From: Azolla caroliniana
Taxonomy: Eukaryota > Plantae > Polypodiophyta
Direction of reading: 5' to 3'
DNA length: 64,000 bases
NCBI GenBank assembly: GCA_043228905.1
Contig: JBHGNT010000009.1
Span: 14,260,001 to 14,324,000 of the forward strand
The notes under the pieces are model-generated. The model had not been told where the DNA came from, ran no database searches, and saw nothing but the letters and a program-made list of their open reading frames with translations. Below, in pieces: positions 38,001 to 49,869 of this stretch. A program made the translations under genes and the position numbers. How positions within the stretch are numbered: position 1 is the first letter of the stretch; every line of letters begins with the position of its first letter.

Positions 38001-40532
38001 ATACCTATTCCGGATGGTGACTTTATTCAAGCCACAATAATCAACGACGAGACGAAGTGAGCCATCTTTCTTCTTGACAAAGAAGATGGGTGCACCGGCC
38101 AGAGATTTCGAATGACGAATAAACCTGCTTGCCAAGTTCTCCTCTATGTAGGCTCGAAGGACTTCTAACTCGGTGGGTGACAAGTTGTAAATTGCTCCCC
38201 ATGGTGGCTCTCCTCCTGATTGTAAATTGATGGGACAATCATTGGGACGATGATGAGGAAGAGTACCGGCTTTTACCTTGTCAAATACGTCGGCATAAGG
38301 ATGATATTTCGTCGGAAGTTGCACTAAGGATTCCTCCTTAATAGTGTTGGAAGGATGTACTGATATTGCAAATAGGAACATTGCCTCCTTGTGCCTTCTT
38401 CGCGTAATTGATGTAGTGAAATGGTCAAAACTCGATGAGTAGATTCTTGGGGTGGTCGATGTCAGACTTCTCTTGTTCTCCAATCTATGTCTGGATTATG
38501 TAATTCAAACCAAGGTAATCTCAGGACAATGGGATGCTCTAGACTACTAATTATATTAAATGATACTACACACACAAAACTACCTAGGACAACCTGAATG
38601 GGTTCTGACTCTTCTACAATATTCCTGGAAGCAATGGGACGACCATCAATGACTACTACAAATGCGGGGCAAGGAAGTTTTCTTAAGGATATCTGAGAAG
38701 CTTGGGCAAAATTTCGATCCATGAAACAGGAATTAGCTCCGGAATCTAGAAGTGCTAGGACATGTACTGGGGGAGTACTTTTAGTACTAACCATGACTTG
38801 GGTTAGGAACACATTGCTAACTTGGTTGGAGGGAATGGAGCCACTAATGGGTTGTACAGATCTAGGGTTGTCCAACCAAACGGCTCCTATTTTGTCTGGA
38901 CTCAATCGTTTAACTCTTCATCTGATTGACGAAGGATTTCAAATTTGTTTGAGATACTTCGGCTATTAGTACTATTAATACTATCAGACACTCCTAAGGG
39001 AAGAATTGACTCGGGTTTAGTACAGGCTACGATTTGATTTACCTGTCTTCTTGGCCTATGGGGACAATTGATTGCGATATGCCCTGGTCCACCACAATAA
39101 AGACATAATCGATTTGCACGTCGTCGTTGCTTTTCTTCTTCCGATAAAGGGCCACGTCGACGCATGGTGTCGATCTCCATCAGTGTTGGAGTATTTGCTT
39201 GAGGTATGTCTCGTGCAAACGGTTTAGCCGCGACGGAGGCGTAAGTGGGCTCCGGCCTAGAGCGTGGTATTTGTAATTGACGTTCTGAACGCCGTTCAAA
39301 AAGGCGATTCGAATCGGACCACTCGACTGATTGCCTCCGTAAGAGACTTTGGTTCTTCGGGGAAGGTTAGAAGTAGATCTTTGACATTGTTTCGTAGGCC
39401 GTAGCGAAACTGCTCCATTAGTGCCTGATCATCCCAGGGGATATCTGAAGCGAGTAGACGGAAATCCGCCGCGTAGGCAGAGGCTGGACAATCGCCGGAT
39501 TTTGTTGATCGTCGTCCGGATGCTGTCTGTATCTCCAAAGCAAGCTTTAAACTCACTAATAAAGTATTCAAAGTTATTAAGTAAGGGCGATTGTTTTTCT
39601 AGAAGCGGAGCAAACCATGCCAAGGTTGAGCCGCTAAGCAACGTGCCTATTAGGCCGACTCGGGATGCATCAGTGGGGTATCGAGACGGATGCATTTGAA
39701 TGACTAAGCATACCTGATTGAGGAATCCCCTAAATTGCGATCGCGTTCCATCAAATTTCACAGGAAGTCCAATCTTGGGCTCTTTATGAAATCCTTGGGG
39801 ACTTGATCCTCGTTGTTGCAACGCTGCTTCGAGTTGTTGCACACGTAACACTAACTCCCCATGTTGTTGCTACAACTCCCCATGTTGTTGCTGTGTTTGT
39901 TGTTTTTCTAGGGCGATTTGTTGAAGATCCCCTAACAACCGTTGGTTTTCTTGTTCCAAGGCAACAAATTTTTCTTTTAGACACTGTAGCTCGGACAAAA
40001 CGGATTGGTATTCTTGGGCGCTAACAGAAGCCATTGTATAGAAAAAGGATAAGAGGATGAGGGAAACCAAAAGAAAGACTAGAGAGGGCAAATTGGTTCA
40101 AATTGTCAGGAATAGTACAAAAACAGAGAGAGAATTAGTACTAGAGAAGGGAAGTACTATTAGTACTAAGAGGACGAGACTACGTAAGACTCCCAAGAGA
40201 GAGAAAAGAGAAGAGGAGAGAGAGAGAGAGAGAGAGATGATGATAACAGATGATATATTATAGGAAGAGTAAGTACAAGATGGCTATGAGGCTTAAGACT
40301 GGCGTTGAACCAATTTGGTTCAACATAATGCCTAGTGCCTTCTTTTATAGCGTTCTCAGGAGTAATCCTGAAGCTTCTAGAATGTTCCAGAGAAATTAAG
40401 AATATACATTAATTTCCTATAATAAAACTTAAATGAAAAAAATATCCATGTACTACAATAGATGGTATAATGGTCAAGAGCTCGACCCATATAACATAAT
40501 GTCATGGGTTCGAGACTTGCCATATCATGACA
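34891..40532 (-). mobile_element. Gypsy G: decayed chromovirus (Tcn1/Tf1-like, self-priming)
   Basis: LTRs 34891-35332 and 40104-40532, PPT complement CTATCTCCCCCTT at 35333. Gag CLYCGGPGHIAINC, PR LLDSGA, RT YLDD, RNase H DASD, IN and chromodomain YEVAAILDS...YLVDWLGY. No TSD, and adjacent host sequence is missing. Confidence 0.93.
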
Positions 40533-43500
40533 TTGTGGAGCTTGAGTATTGTCCAACATCAAAAAATGTTGCAGATATCTTCACAAAGGCGCTTGGAGCA
40601 GAACAACTACGACTAGGAGTTGGCCCAATTCCAAGTGAACACAATGGGTTGACCATTGAGGGGGTGTGTTAGATATAATCAATGATCGGCCCCAAGTTGT
40701 AAATCTATCCCCATATATGCTCTTAGAGTGCACATTTTGTGATAGCGCCGCAAATGAGGAGCGGCTAGTGTGCAACTAGACCATATGAGTCAATAAGGTG
40801 TTAATCTAGGAAACCGCAGATGCGTAGGACACAATGTATTCAGGAAAGAGCGAAATAGGTAATAGGATTGGCTAATCAAGCCAATGAGAATATTTTGTGG
40901 GCAAGTTACAATGTACTTAGTCTTGAAGTATGTACCATTGACTTCAAGATAAGTACTATCTAGCATTAGCCTATATCTAGGGAGTTGGGTCATATTAAAT
41001 GACAAGTCAGTTGAAAGAAAAGGCATATCTCCACTACCATCAACTGACATGCACATTTAATGTTACACTCGGACCAAACAAAGAATATAATCCACTCTCT
41101 TACACAATGGTGTATTTATCATCAGTCCCCACTAATTTTGTAGTGAGTTGGTCCAGATCCCATCTAAGCTCTAAGGTGTGAGCGCATGGGTGAACTACCA
41201 TTGTGAGGTACTCTCATATGTAATAGAAGTTTTGTTTTCATATATCCATCTCTGTGGTTGTAACTCTATATACCTATCTAATCGATTCTCAATATTTCTA
41301 ACAACGTCGATCTGTCCACCTCCTTCATGCTTCAACCCCAGTGCCACCCGAATATATGCATTGGTGAGGCGGTCGATGTTAATTTTCATCCTGATCTCCA
41401 GCGCGTTCGGGTGCGAAGGGGCCTCTGAAACCTTGATGTAACCACCAAAACCATGGTCCTACAACCATTGGCATAACACCTTTGACACTTCAATCGGCAT
41501 GGTATGAGCTTCTTCTGTGTGGGAGAGTTGCGATGTTGAGGGTAGATTGATGGTTTGGCTGAAACCGCTTTGTGTTCTTTGTGCTCCTTCTACTTCTTCT
41601 GTGTAGGAAATGATTCGTTTTTTCTAGTTTTCCATCTGTTGTAGATGTTGTGTATCCAAAGGAGCCACAACATGACCTATATTCAAGATCATTCTGGCCA
41701 TTAAGCACCACACATTGGGATGAGATTGTACTTGCCTTTCTTGGGCATTGCGCATGCATGAGGCCCGTCTTTAATAGCTCTGAATGCTTCTTCTTCTTCT
41801 TTTCATAACGGACTAAAATGGTAATATATACATAGAATACGCCTAATTTACAAGTTTTCCCCTTGCTTTTTATATTGGGTGGGGTCCTCCTAATGTGGAT
41901 TCTGTCGGTTTTTCCCCAACCACTTTTCCATCGCCATTATTACCTCTACGAAGAGGTTCGAGGGTGCAATCCAGCATATGGCTTGACCCGAAATCCATTG
42001 ACCCACTTCGACAATATTTCTGTACCCAGTTGATAGGTTCCCTGGACAACTTCAATAATCCAATAAGGTCCTGTCCATCAGAATTGCAGCTTCCCTAGCA
42101 TTTGTCCCATCCAGGTCTGGAACACGAGAACTACCTTGTCAATCCCAAATGATCGCTCGTTTCCTTTCCTGTGGCGATTGACAAAGGCCTTCCACCGATG
42201 TTAGTCTTGCTCCATCAGCCACATGCTATGCAATCGTCCTTCTTCAAGTTTCAATAATTCCTCGAGTCGATGTCATTCCAACTCCATCTCACCCAACTGT
42301 TCATGAACCTAGACTCGGAAGCTCAAGACCTACAACTCAATTGGCATGACAGCCTCTAGTTCGAACACGAGCTAGAACGGGGTTGATTGGATACTTGTCT
42401 GATATGCCCAGAGAGCATTTTATATTTTTGTATCCCAGTCCGTCTGGTTCTCATTGACGGGGTCCCAGACCGAGATATATTCACCGAATAATTCCATGAT
42501 GATGCGTTCGAAAGTCACCGGCATGGTTTTCAACCCGAACATCATGACGACTGGTACAAACACGCCCCATTCTATGACTAAGGTCGTCTTCTCTTGTTCT
42601 TCTAGGTGCATCCGAATTTGGTTATAGCCACTAAATCCATCTAAAAAACTATATACCTCATGGCCGGCCACCGCATCCACTGATTATGTTCACTCTGGAC
42701 CCTTTGTCTATGATGCAAGCGGGGACTTCTTGTCCTTTTGATAATAATGTCCACAATGGGATTTTGGTGGTCCATGACCATGGGTCCTTCACTCAATTCG
42801 GAAAAATTGCTCGACACACTCAGTTGCTCTTCATTTCGTACCATTGTCGCTACTGATTCTTTGAACCAAGGGACTAAATTTAATAGCCTACTTACTCATT
42901 GTCATCGTAATTTGGCAGTCAACCAAGGCCTACCAAATTGGGTCCTCATCGAGTGGTTCCTTGGCCACCGGCAGTTGCTGTTGGGATTGAGGTTTGCCGA
43001 TTGTAACGTTTTGCATCTCGTTCTGCATTGGCACTATTGGTTTTTTTAATCCATACTTTTGTCACTTTTCTGATCTCTTCCTGAGGCTCCCAATCAGGCT
43101 GTTTGGTTTTACTATGGGTGGTGACTTGTTGTACCTCAGCCATAATTGTGTTGACAGTTGAAGCTTTACCACGATCCTTCTGGGGGCATTGGGTCGCGTA
43201 ATGTCCTGATTGTCGACAGATATAACAGTGGAGTCTTGATTACTCGCTAGACTCCCCTCGTTCGATTGGCTCCGACTACCACTGCTCTTGTTGTCTCTCC
43301 GGTCCGTCCCAATTCCGAGGGTTGTATTGGTATTGCCTCGTGTGCCAAGTCCACCAGCAATCTTCCCTTCGGTTTTTGTTTTGTTGTAGTCGACTATTGT
43401 CCATCCGATTATCCTCTATTCATCGTTGATTCTACAACAAATGAATGGAGGATGATCGGATTATCTGTGGCCTTTGATTATCTTCATAGTTACTTGGCTC

Positions 43501-45348
43501 AACGAATCCACCTCTATTATTGGTAGTCGGCCACATGTCATACCAGGGTGCATAGTCACTGTCGTATCTATCCCGCTCCTCTCTTCTATAGTCATCAGGG
43601 TGCATAGTCATTGTGGTATCTATACCAGTTGGGGTCTCTCGGCATATCAAGGCCGGTTGTCGTCCTTGTAACGGGCCGGTTGCCAGAAATAGTCCAATGT
43701 CCACATCCGGTCATTTTGCAGCTCGATTTGTCGAACAGGGGCAACTGCTCTATTCAATAGGTTATACTCACACATGCTCAAGTGTGTGTGCTCACGAATG
43801 GCAAATTGGGCAGTGAGTCCTTAACGTGCATTCAACTACCGAATGGCCTAGGTTCATGCAGGTTGTGCATTCGACAGCTTGTCAAAATTGAATATCTTCA
43901 TCCTTCGTTAGGGCCCGCTGTAGTGATGCCATCGATATGCTAGTACTGGTTTGGGCACTGTCCATAGCCAGCACTCGGTTGATGACTTCCTTCAGTGATT
44001 TCTCTAAGAAATCCGTGACCACCAGAGTCGTTTGAAGCAGCTCTATTAGAGTTGTCAAGAATGTCTCCTTCAGTTTCTCTGTTGGGGGTGTGCGCACCAA
44101 CTACCGCCTAAGGTTTTGGAACTAGATGACGAATTGAACAACCGACTCTTGTGGTTCCTAATACATCGTGTACAACTAACTCATCAATTCTTGTTGCTGG
44201 ATGCACAGATGAAACAATCGGATGAACCTCTCTCTCAATTGCTGGAAGTTGTAGAACTCTAATAGGTCGTGTTGGGAATACCAATTTGCTACTTGTCCTA
44301 CCAGTAACAAGCCGAACTCGGAGATTTTTGACACATTTGTGTCGGCCTCGACTAGGCATTGTGATACGTGGTTGGCCTGCCACGTCGTCAGAAAAGCGCG
44401 TACATGCCCCTCAGCATCAGCTTCATCATTGTACCTAGGGTATGGGTACGACATTGTGTCAATGTCTTGGTCTTTAGATACCTCCCTTGGAATCGCGGTC
44501 AGTTGATTGGTGGTGCTGGTCTTCGGGATGCTCGACCTCGAAACTACTACCGTTGGTCGTTACCGAATCGGGAAGCGTTGTCGACTGGGCTTCCGACTCC
44601 TGTTGGTGCTGCTGAGTGAGCATTGAGTTCGTGACACTCCCTTCTTGCTCTCAACGTCAGGATTCCTAGTGAGGCTGCTCAATGAGCGATGATGATGGCA
44701 CCCTCATTTCTTGCTCTGCATGTCGGGATTCTGATCGAGTGCGTGGTTTGCTTCTTTTCGTCGTCTCTTTGTTCCCTCGTCGGCTAGACGACATCCATCC
44801 TCTCACTATTCTCTGTGTCTTCACAGATCGAACCGGCCGTGCCAAAAGGTGTTATACCCGTTCGTATAACCCAAGGGTCAGATACTTGTTCCTTCAGTAT
44901 CCGAATCAAGGTATTGTGGTTGGAGGATGGGAAACACTGATGGGTTATACACGGTAGTGCATGATATACACAGATGTAACAAGGTATGTTCCCAAAGAAC
45001 TATACCTGATCGAATGATAGTATGTTCTTAACATGAGACCTAAGTCGGCTACAACCGACCGGTTAGTTATAGTACGCAGTTTAAATATGAGTCGCTTAGA
45101 ACACAAACACAACATATAAGGAAATAGATATTCTATTAAATGACTAGCTCAATGCAACTGATGCCTTGTATAAGGCTTCATGTCCCTTTTTATAGGGAGT
45201 ATGGTCGGTTATGTCAAGAATGTAAACCGCTACGTTTCATTTGCTCCTTTCATCTCAATTTCCTATCCGGCCCCACCCAGCTTGGTTTCAACCTGCACTT
45301 GTCCCTACAACCCTTTCACACATTGGCTGACTTGACCGGCCAACAACA

Positions 45349-45480
45349 TGACCAAGGGAAAGCTCAACTTGGAGAAGGTTTCTACAGCCAACAATGTTGT
45401 GGATGGGATGACAAAGTGCCTTTTGGCCGACCGGTTTCGATCGATTCAGCAACTAATTAGTGTGGACATGATTTTAGCTC
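45349..45480 (+). pseudogene. Copia C RNase H C-terminus (right half)
   Basis: TKGKLNLEKVSTANNVVDGMTKCL, similar to the end of the Copia B RNase H. Confidence 0.7.
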
Positions 45481-45579
45481 GGCTGATTTGGGAGTAAACG
45501 AGAGTGCAACAAATTTCAGCCCAACTATGACAGAAGTTGTAGGATATATAATCATATTGTTGTATTTGTATTTTTTGTT

Positions 45580-45850
45580 TCCTTTTTGGAGAAGGCCCTT
45601 GACGGAATGCAAAGACTTCAAACAACTAGTGTGGAAATTCGTCTTAGAGAGGAATTGGAGGGATACCCCTCAATCAATTGGAATATGGATGTCTATATCT
45701 CTAAATTTAAAACATTAATGAACTCTCTAACAGATGTGGATGATGATGATAAGTTGGATGGATTTCTCGAAGGATTGCACCCTATAGTATGTGAACGGGT
45801 GGAAATGTGGGACCTCGTGAATTGGGAGCAGCGATCAGGATCATGAAAAT
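45580..45850 (+). pseudogene. Possible Gypsy gag fragment
   Basis: LQTTSV...YISKFKTLMNSLTDVDDDDKLDGFLEGLHP resembles a retrotransposon gag capsid motif. Confidence 0.4.
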
Positions 45851-48800
45851 GGTGGGGGAAAGAGACACCCAACATGAAGACCTAAAAGAAGACAAGGATT
45901 TGACAAGAACATAAGGAGAGACCCCATTTGAGACCGAGATAGCGGGCGCAATCAGGGTGGAATAGCTATTTAGCTGTGAATAGCTAACTAGTTGTTCATA
46001 GCTATTTTACCTATGTTTTCTAACATCACTATTACAATACCTAATTCGTCTAATACCTACTATGGAAGATCTCAGTTACCGATATCACATTGCTTTTGTT
46101 GAGCTTATTTCTCAACACTCCCCCTCAAGCTCAACTTGTCCATTCTTGAGATCATCTTCGGTCTTCTTTTCCTTCATGCTTTCCAATTATCATATCAATG
46201 TTTATAACTCCCGACATGTCCCTAAACTGTTTATGTTTTTCTATGCTTAGTCCCTTTGTAAGAATTTCTACAACTTGCTGATTTGTACTCACATACAACA
46301 TTATCTACTTTCCCATCAATCACTTTTGCTCTAACAAAGGGATAATGCACTTCAAAGTGCTTTGTCATTGCATGGAACACTGGGTTTTTTGCGAGCTGAA
46401 TATTGCTCATATTGTCACACCAAATTGTGACTACACCATCTATATACTCTCCCAAATCAGCAAGCAAACTTCTAATCCATACTTCTTCACATGTGGTTAT
46501 TGCAGCTCCTCTATATTCAACTTCAATACTTGATAATGCAACAATAGCTTGTTTCTTGCTACTCCATGAAATAGCTACACTTTCCCAACATAAACATATA
46601 TCCACTCGTGGATCTTCTATCAGTTTGGCATATAGCCCAATCTGCATCTGTATATCCTTCTAGCTCTATGTCCAGCCTGTAAAGTATTCCATAGTTTTGA
46701 GTAGCTTTTACATACCTCAAAATTCTTCTAATGCAATCCAAATGCCACTTTGTTGGCTGCTGCATAAATTGGCAGACTAATCCAGCTGCATAACTTAAAT
46801 CAAGTCTTGTTATAGTCAAGTATATGAAGTTGACCACCATAGACCTGTACATATTTACATCACCTATTTTTTCTCCCAAATCAACCCTTAATGTGCAATT
46901 TTTATCCAATGGTACATCAATCGATTTGCATCCAAGCATTCCATATTTCTTCACCACAGTTGTAACATATTGTTTTTGTAGCATATATATATTCCACTTT
47001 CCGATCTAATTATCTCAATACTAAGAAAGTATTTCAGCTCTCCCAAATCCTTCATATGAAACTGCATTTCCAGATTTTTCTTTAGCTCGCTTATTTCAGC
47101 CATAGAGTCACCTCTAATGATTAAATCATCAACATATATCATAATCACAACTATGCAATCATTCATCTTTTTCACATACAATGATGGATCGGCCTTTGAC
47201 ATTTTGAAGACAATTTTTATCAAATATTCTGAAAGTTTCTTGTGTCATGCTCTTTTTGCTTGTTTCAGTCCATAGAGAGCCTTTTTCAGCTTACAAACAT
47301 ATTCTAGATGCTTCTTATCTTCAAACTCTGGTGGTTGACACATATAAGTTACCACGTAGAAAAACATTTTTTACATCCATATGGTGCAGAAACCAACTTT
47401 TGGTTGGACGTATAGCAAGTAAATGTCCTCAGTGTTGCCATTTTTTGCAACTAGTGCAAATGTTTCATCATAGTCAATTCCTTGGATTTGAGCATATCCC
47501 TTTGCAACAAGTCTTGCTTTATGTCTATTGACATTCCCATTGGAATCATGCTTTGTTTTGTATACGCATTTTCAACCCACAACATTTTTTCCTTTTGGCA
47601 ATTTTACCAAATCCCATGTTTTATTTTCAGTCAGTGCATCTATTTCTTCTTGCATTGCATTCACCCATTTCTTTTTAGCTTTTGCTTCTTCAAAACTATT
47701 AGGATAAGGGATTTGTACCACTTTAGACATATATGTATAATGCATCACCATGTATGTACCATAACCATATCTTTCAACAATTTTTTTTCTCTCTATCTAA
47801 TCTTCTCAATTTTTTATTTGCATCTCTCATTGCTCTTTCAACACCGGGGATTGTCAAGACTTTGTGTACCCATCTCTCTATCCAATGATACATCAAAACC
47901 TACATATTCCATGTTTCTAGATCCTTCATCAAACATTTCATATTTTGGCATCTTCTATTTTCCCTTTTTATCATCATATTTTTTATGTCATACATTTTTC
48001 CCACTCCAAACATTCAATTCAAATTTATTAATAGAGTTTTCAAATGGTCCAATACATGCTATCAATGTTGGACTTTGTTGTCCAAACTTGTTTCCATTTC
48101 CATAGCAATCACTTTCATTTTTTCAGATTTATTTCTATATTCATTTTCATCGTCTTCATCAATTTCTGCATTCTGTTTTGGGTTGTACCAACTGCCCAAC
48201 TCATCAAATATTACATCACGGCTAACTAGTATCCTTTTTGTCAAAGGGTTATAACATCTATACCTTTTTGCTCCTCTAAATATCCCACAAAAACACATTT
48301 TTCAGCTTTTGGATCAAGATTACTTCTTACTTCAACAGGTATATGAACATAACCAAGGCATCCAAACACTTTTAAGTGTTCTAAACTAGGTTTCCTGCCA
48401 TAGAAACATTCTTCAGGAATTACTACATGTACTCCAGATGTTATGCATCTATTTAGAATATAGTTTGTTGTATTTACAAATTCAGCACAGTAATACAATG
48501 GCATACTTTTTTCTATCATCAAAGCTCTTACTATGTTTACCAATGTTCTGTTTTTTCTCTCAGCCACTCCATTTTGTTGTGGCGTATATCTACATGTGAA
48601 TTGTCTACTTATTCCTTGATTGCATAGAAAATTAGAGAATTCATTGGAGAAGTATTCTCCTCCTCCATCAAACCTTAGACATTTTATTCTTGTTCCGGCC
48701 TGCTTTTCTACCATGCATTTGAATTTACAAAAACAATCAAATACTTCACTCTTCCTTGGCGTATCCACATTTTAGGCATATCCACATCTAAAACAAACAT

Positions 48801-49318
48801 TCTTCCTTGGTGTTTTCCTTTTGCTATCAACTTACCATGTTTCTCTATAAAACACCCACTTTTCTTCAACTTTACTTGCATTCCTCGCTCTAGTATTTAT
48901 CTGACAGAAATCAGATTTTTTGTAAGATTTGGAACATGCAAAACATTCAACATATACTTTGTTTTCCCTCTTTCTTCCCACACTGGAATGTCTCATACAT
49001 GTTCGATTATATGAGTAGTATTATCACTTATTTGTACATAACCAGGAATCTCTAGTTCTTTTAGACTTTCAAACCAATTTGCACATCTGGTCATATGATT
49101 AGATGCCCTAGAATCTACATACCACATATGATCTTCATTACATCTCTGTGAACTTTCAGTTATTGTTGTTGTTTCATGTTGCATCACCAAAGCACCCTCT
49201 TTGTCACAGTTTTCACTTGTTGAAGCATAGTTATTTTGTTGTTTCTTCCCTCTTTTTTCATCATTTTGCTTTTTATAACATTCAGCCTTACGTATGGCCT
49301 AGTTTTCCACAATACCAA

Positions 49319-49725
49319 TGTTGAGAATCAGACTCAACCTAGTCTAATGTATGAACACACCATTTGAGAATGTATGAGCATTCAAAGGTCAAAGGTCATC
49401 AGTAACTCTCCAACATTAATTATGTGTCATAGAATCATATTCTCTAACACATAACTAATGAGGTTCCACATTCCCCATGACACATGAGCTTCTATAGTTA
49501 CTAGAGAGAGAGTGGGCATTTTAATGTAGAGAGAGGGTGACTTTATATAAAGCACCCTCCTTCCTTTGTATCTGTTGGTTGTTTTCTATTGTATTTCTTA
49601 CTCCTTGTTAATATACATTTGAATCTTTTTGTTTTTCTATCTATCTTGTGTCTCTTCTCTCCTCTTTCACACACACATCTCTAATCTATTCCGCATAACA
49701 TAATTACTCTAGCTAATTATTTACA
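49319..49725 (+). mobile_element. Solo LTR (407 bp) inserted in the Copia I gag zinc knuckle
   Basis: TGTTGAG...TTTACA with TSD ACCAA (49314-49318, 49726-49730). Removal restores GGCWYCGKLGH on the minus strand. TATA-like TTTATATAAAG at ~49542. Confidence 0.85.
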
Positions 49726-49869
49726 ACCAACAACCACCATCACTCAAATATTTTTGCTTACCTCTACCTCGATCACTCCCCCTGCCTCTCATGTTATTTC
49801 GTCTACTTATAGCTTGTCCTCTTCCTTGATAATTATTAGTGGTTCTAGTTGGACCAAATCTACCATGGC

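Larger units (their letters stand above)
24868..41303 (+). mobile_element. Copia E: decayed, hosting Copia F and Gypsy G
   Basis: LTRs 24868-25503 and 40667-41303, TSD ACTTC/ACGTC (1 mismatch), Met PBS 25504-25515, PPT before 40667. Gag CFYCDKKGHTIKDC, IN and RT fragments with stops; frame KQVII|IIYVDD across the F insertion. Confidence 0.93.
15918..45348 (-). mobile_element. Old non-chromovirus Ty3/Gypsy (Tat/Athila-like), internally deleted, hosting Copia D, E, F and Gypsy G
   Basis: Diverged direct LTRs at 15918-16868 and 44850-45348 (the latter internally deleted), with a minus-strand TATA (CTATAAAAAGGG). PBS TGGCACGGCCGGT at ~44832-44844. Minus-strand gag with Cys/His knuckles (~43190-44650), RT fragment GHEVYSFLDGFSGYNQI (42470-42680), integrase remnants (~41950-42460). 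No clean TSD. Confidence 0.8.

Noticed and set aside
45960-46010. TAGCTA motifs in Copia I LTRs resembling the transposon intron repeat
   Set aside because: Short AT-rich palindromes only, with no extended similarity.
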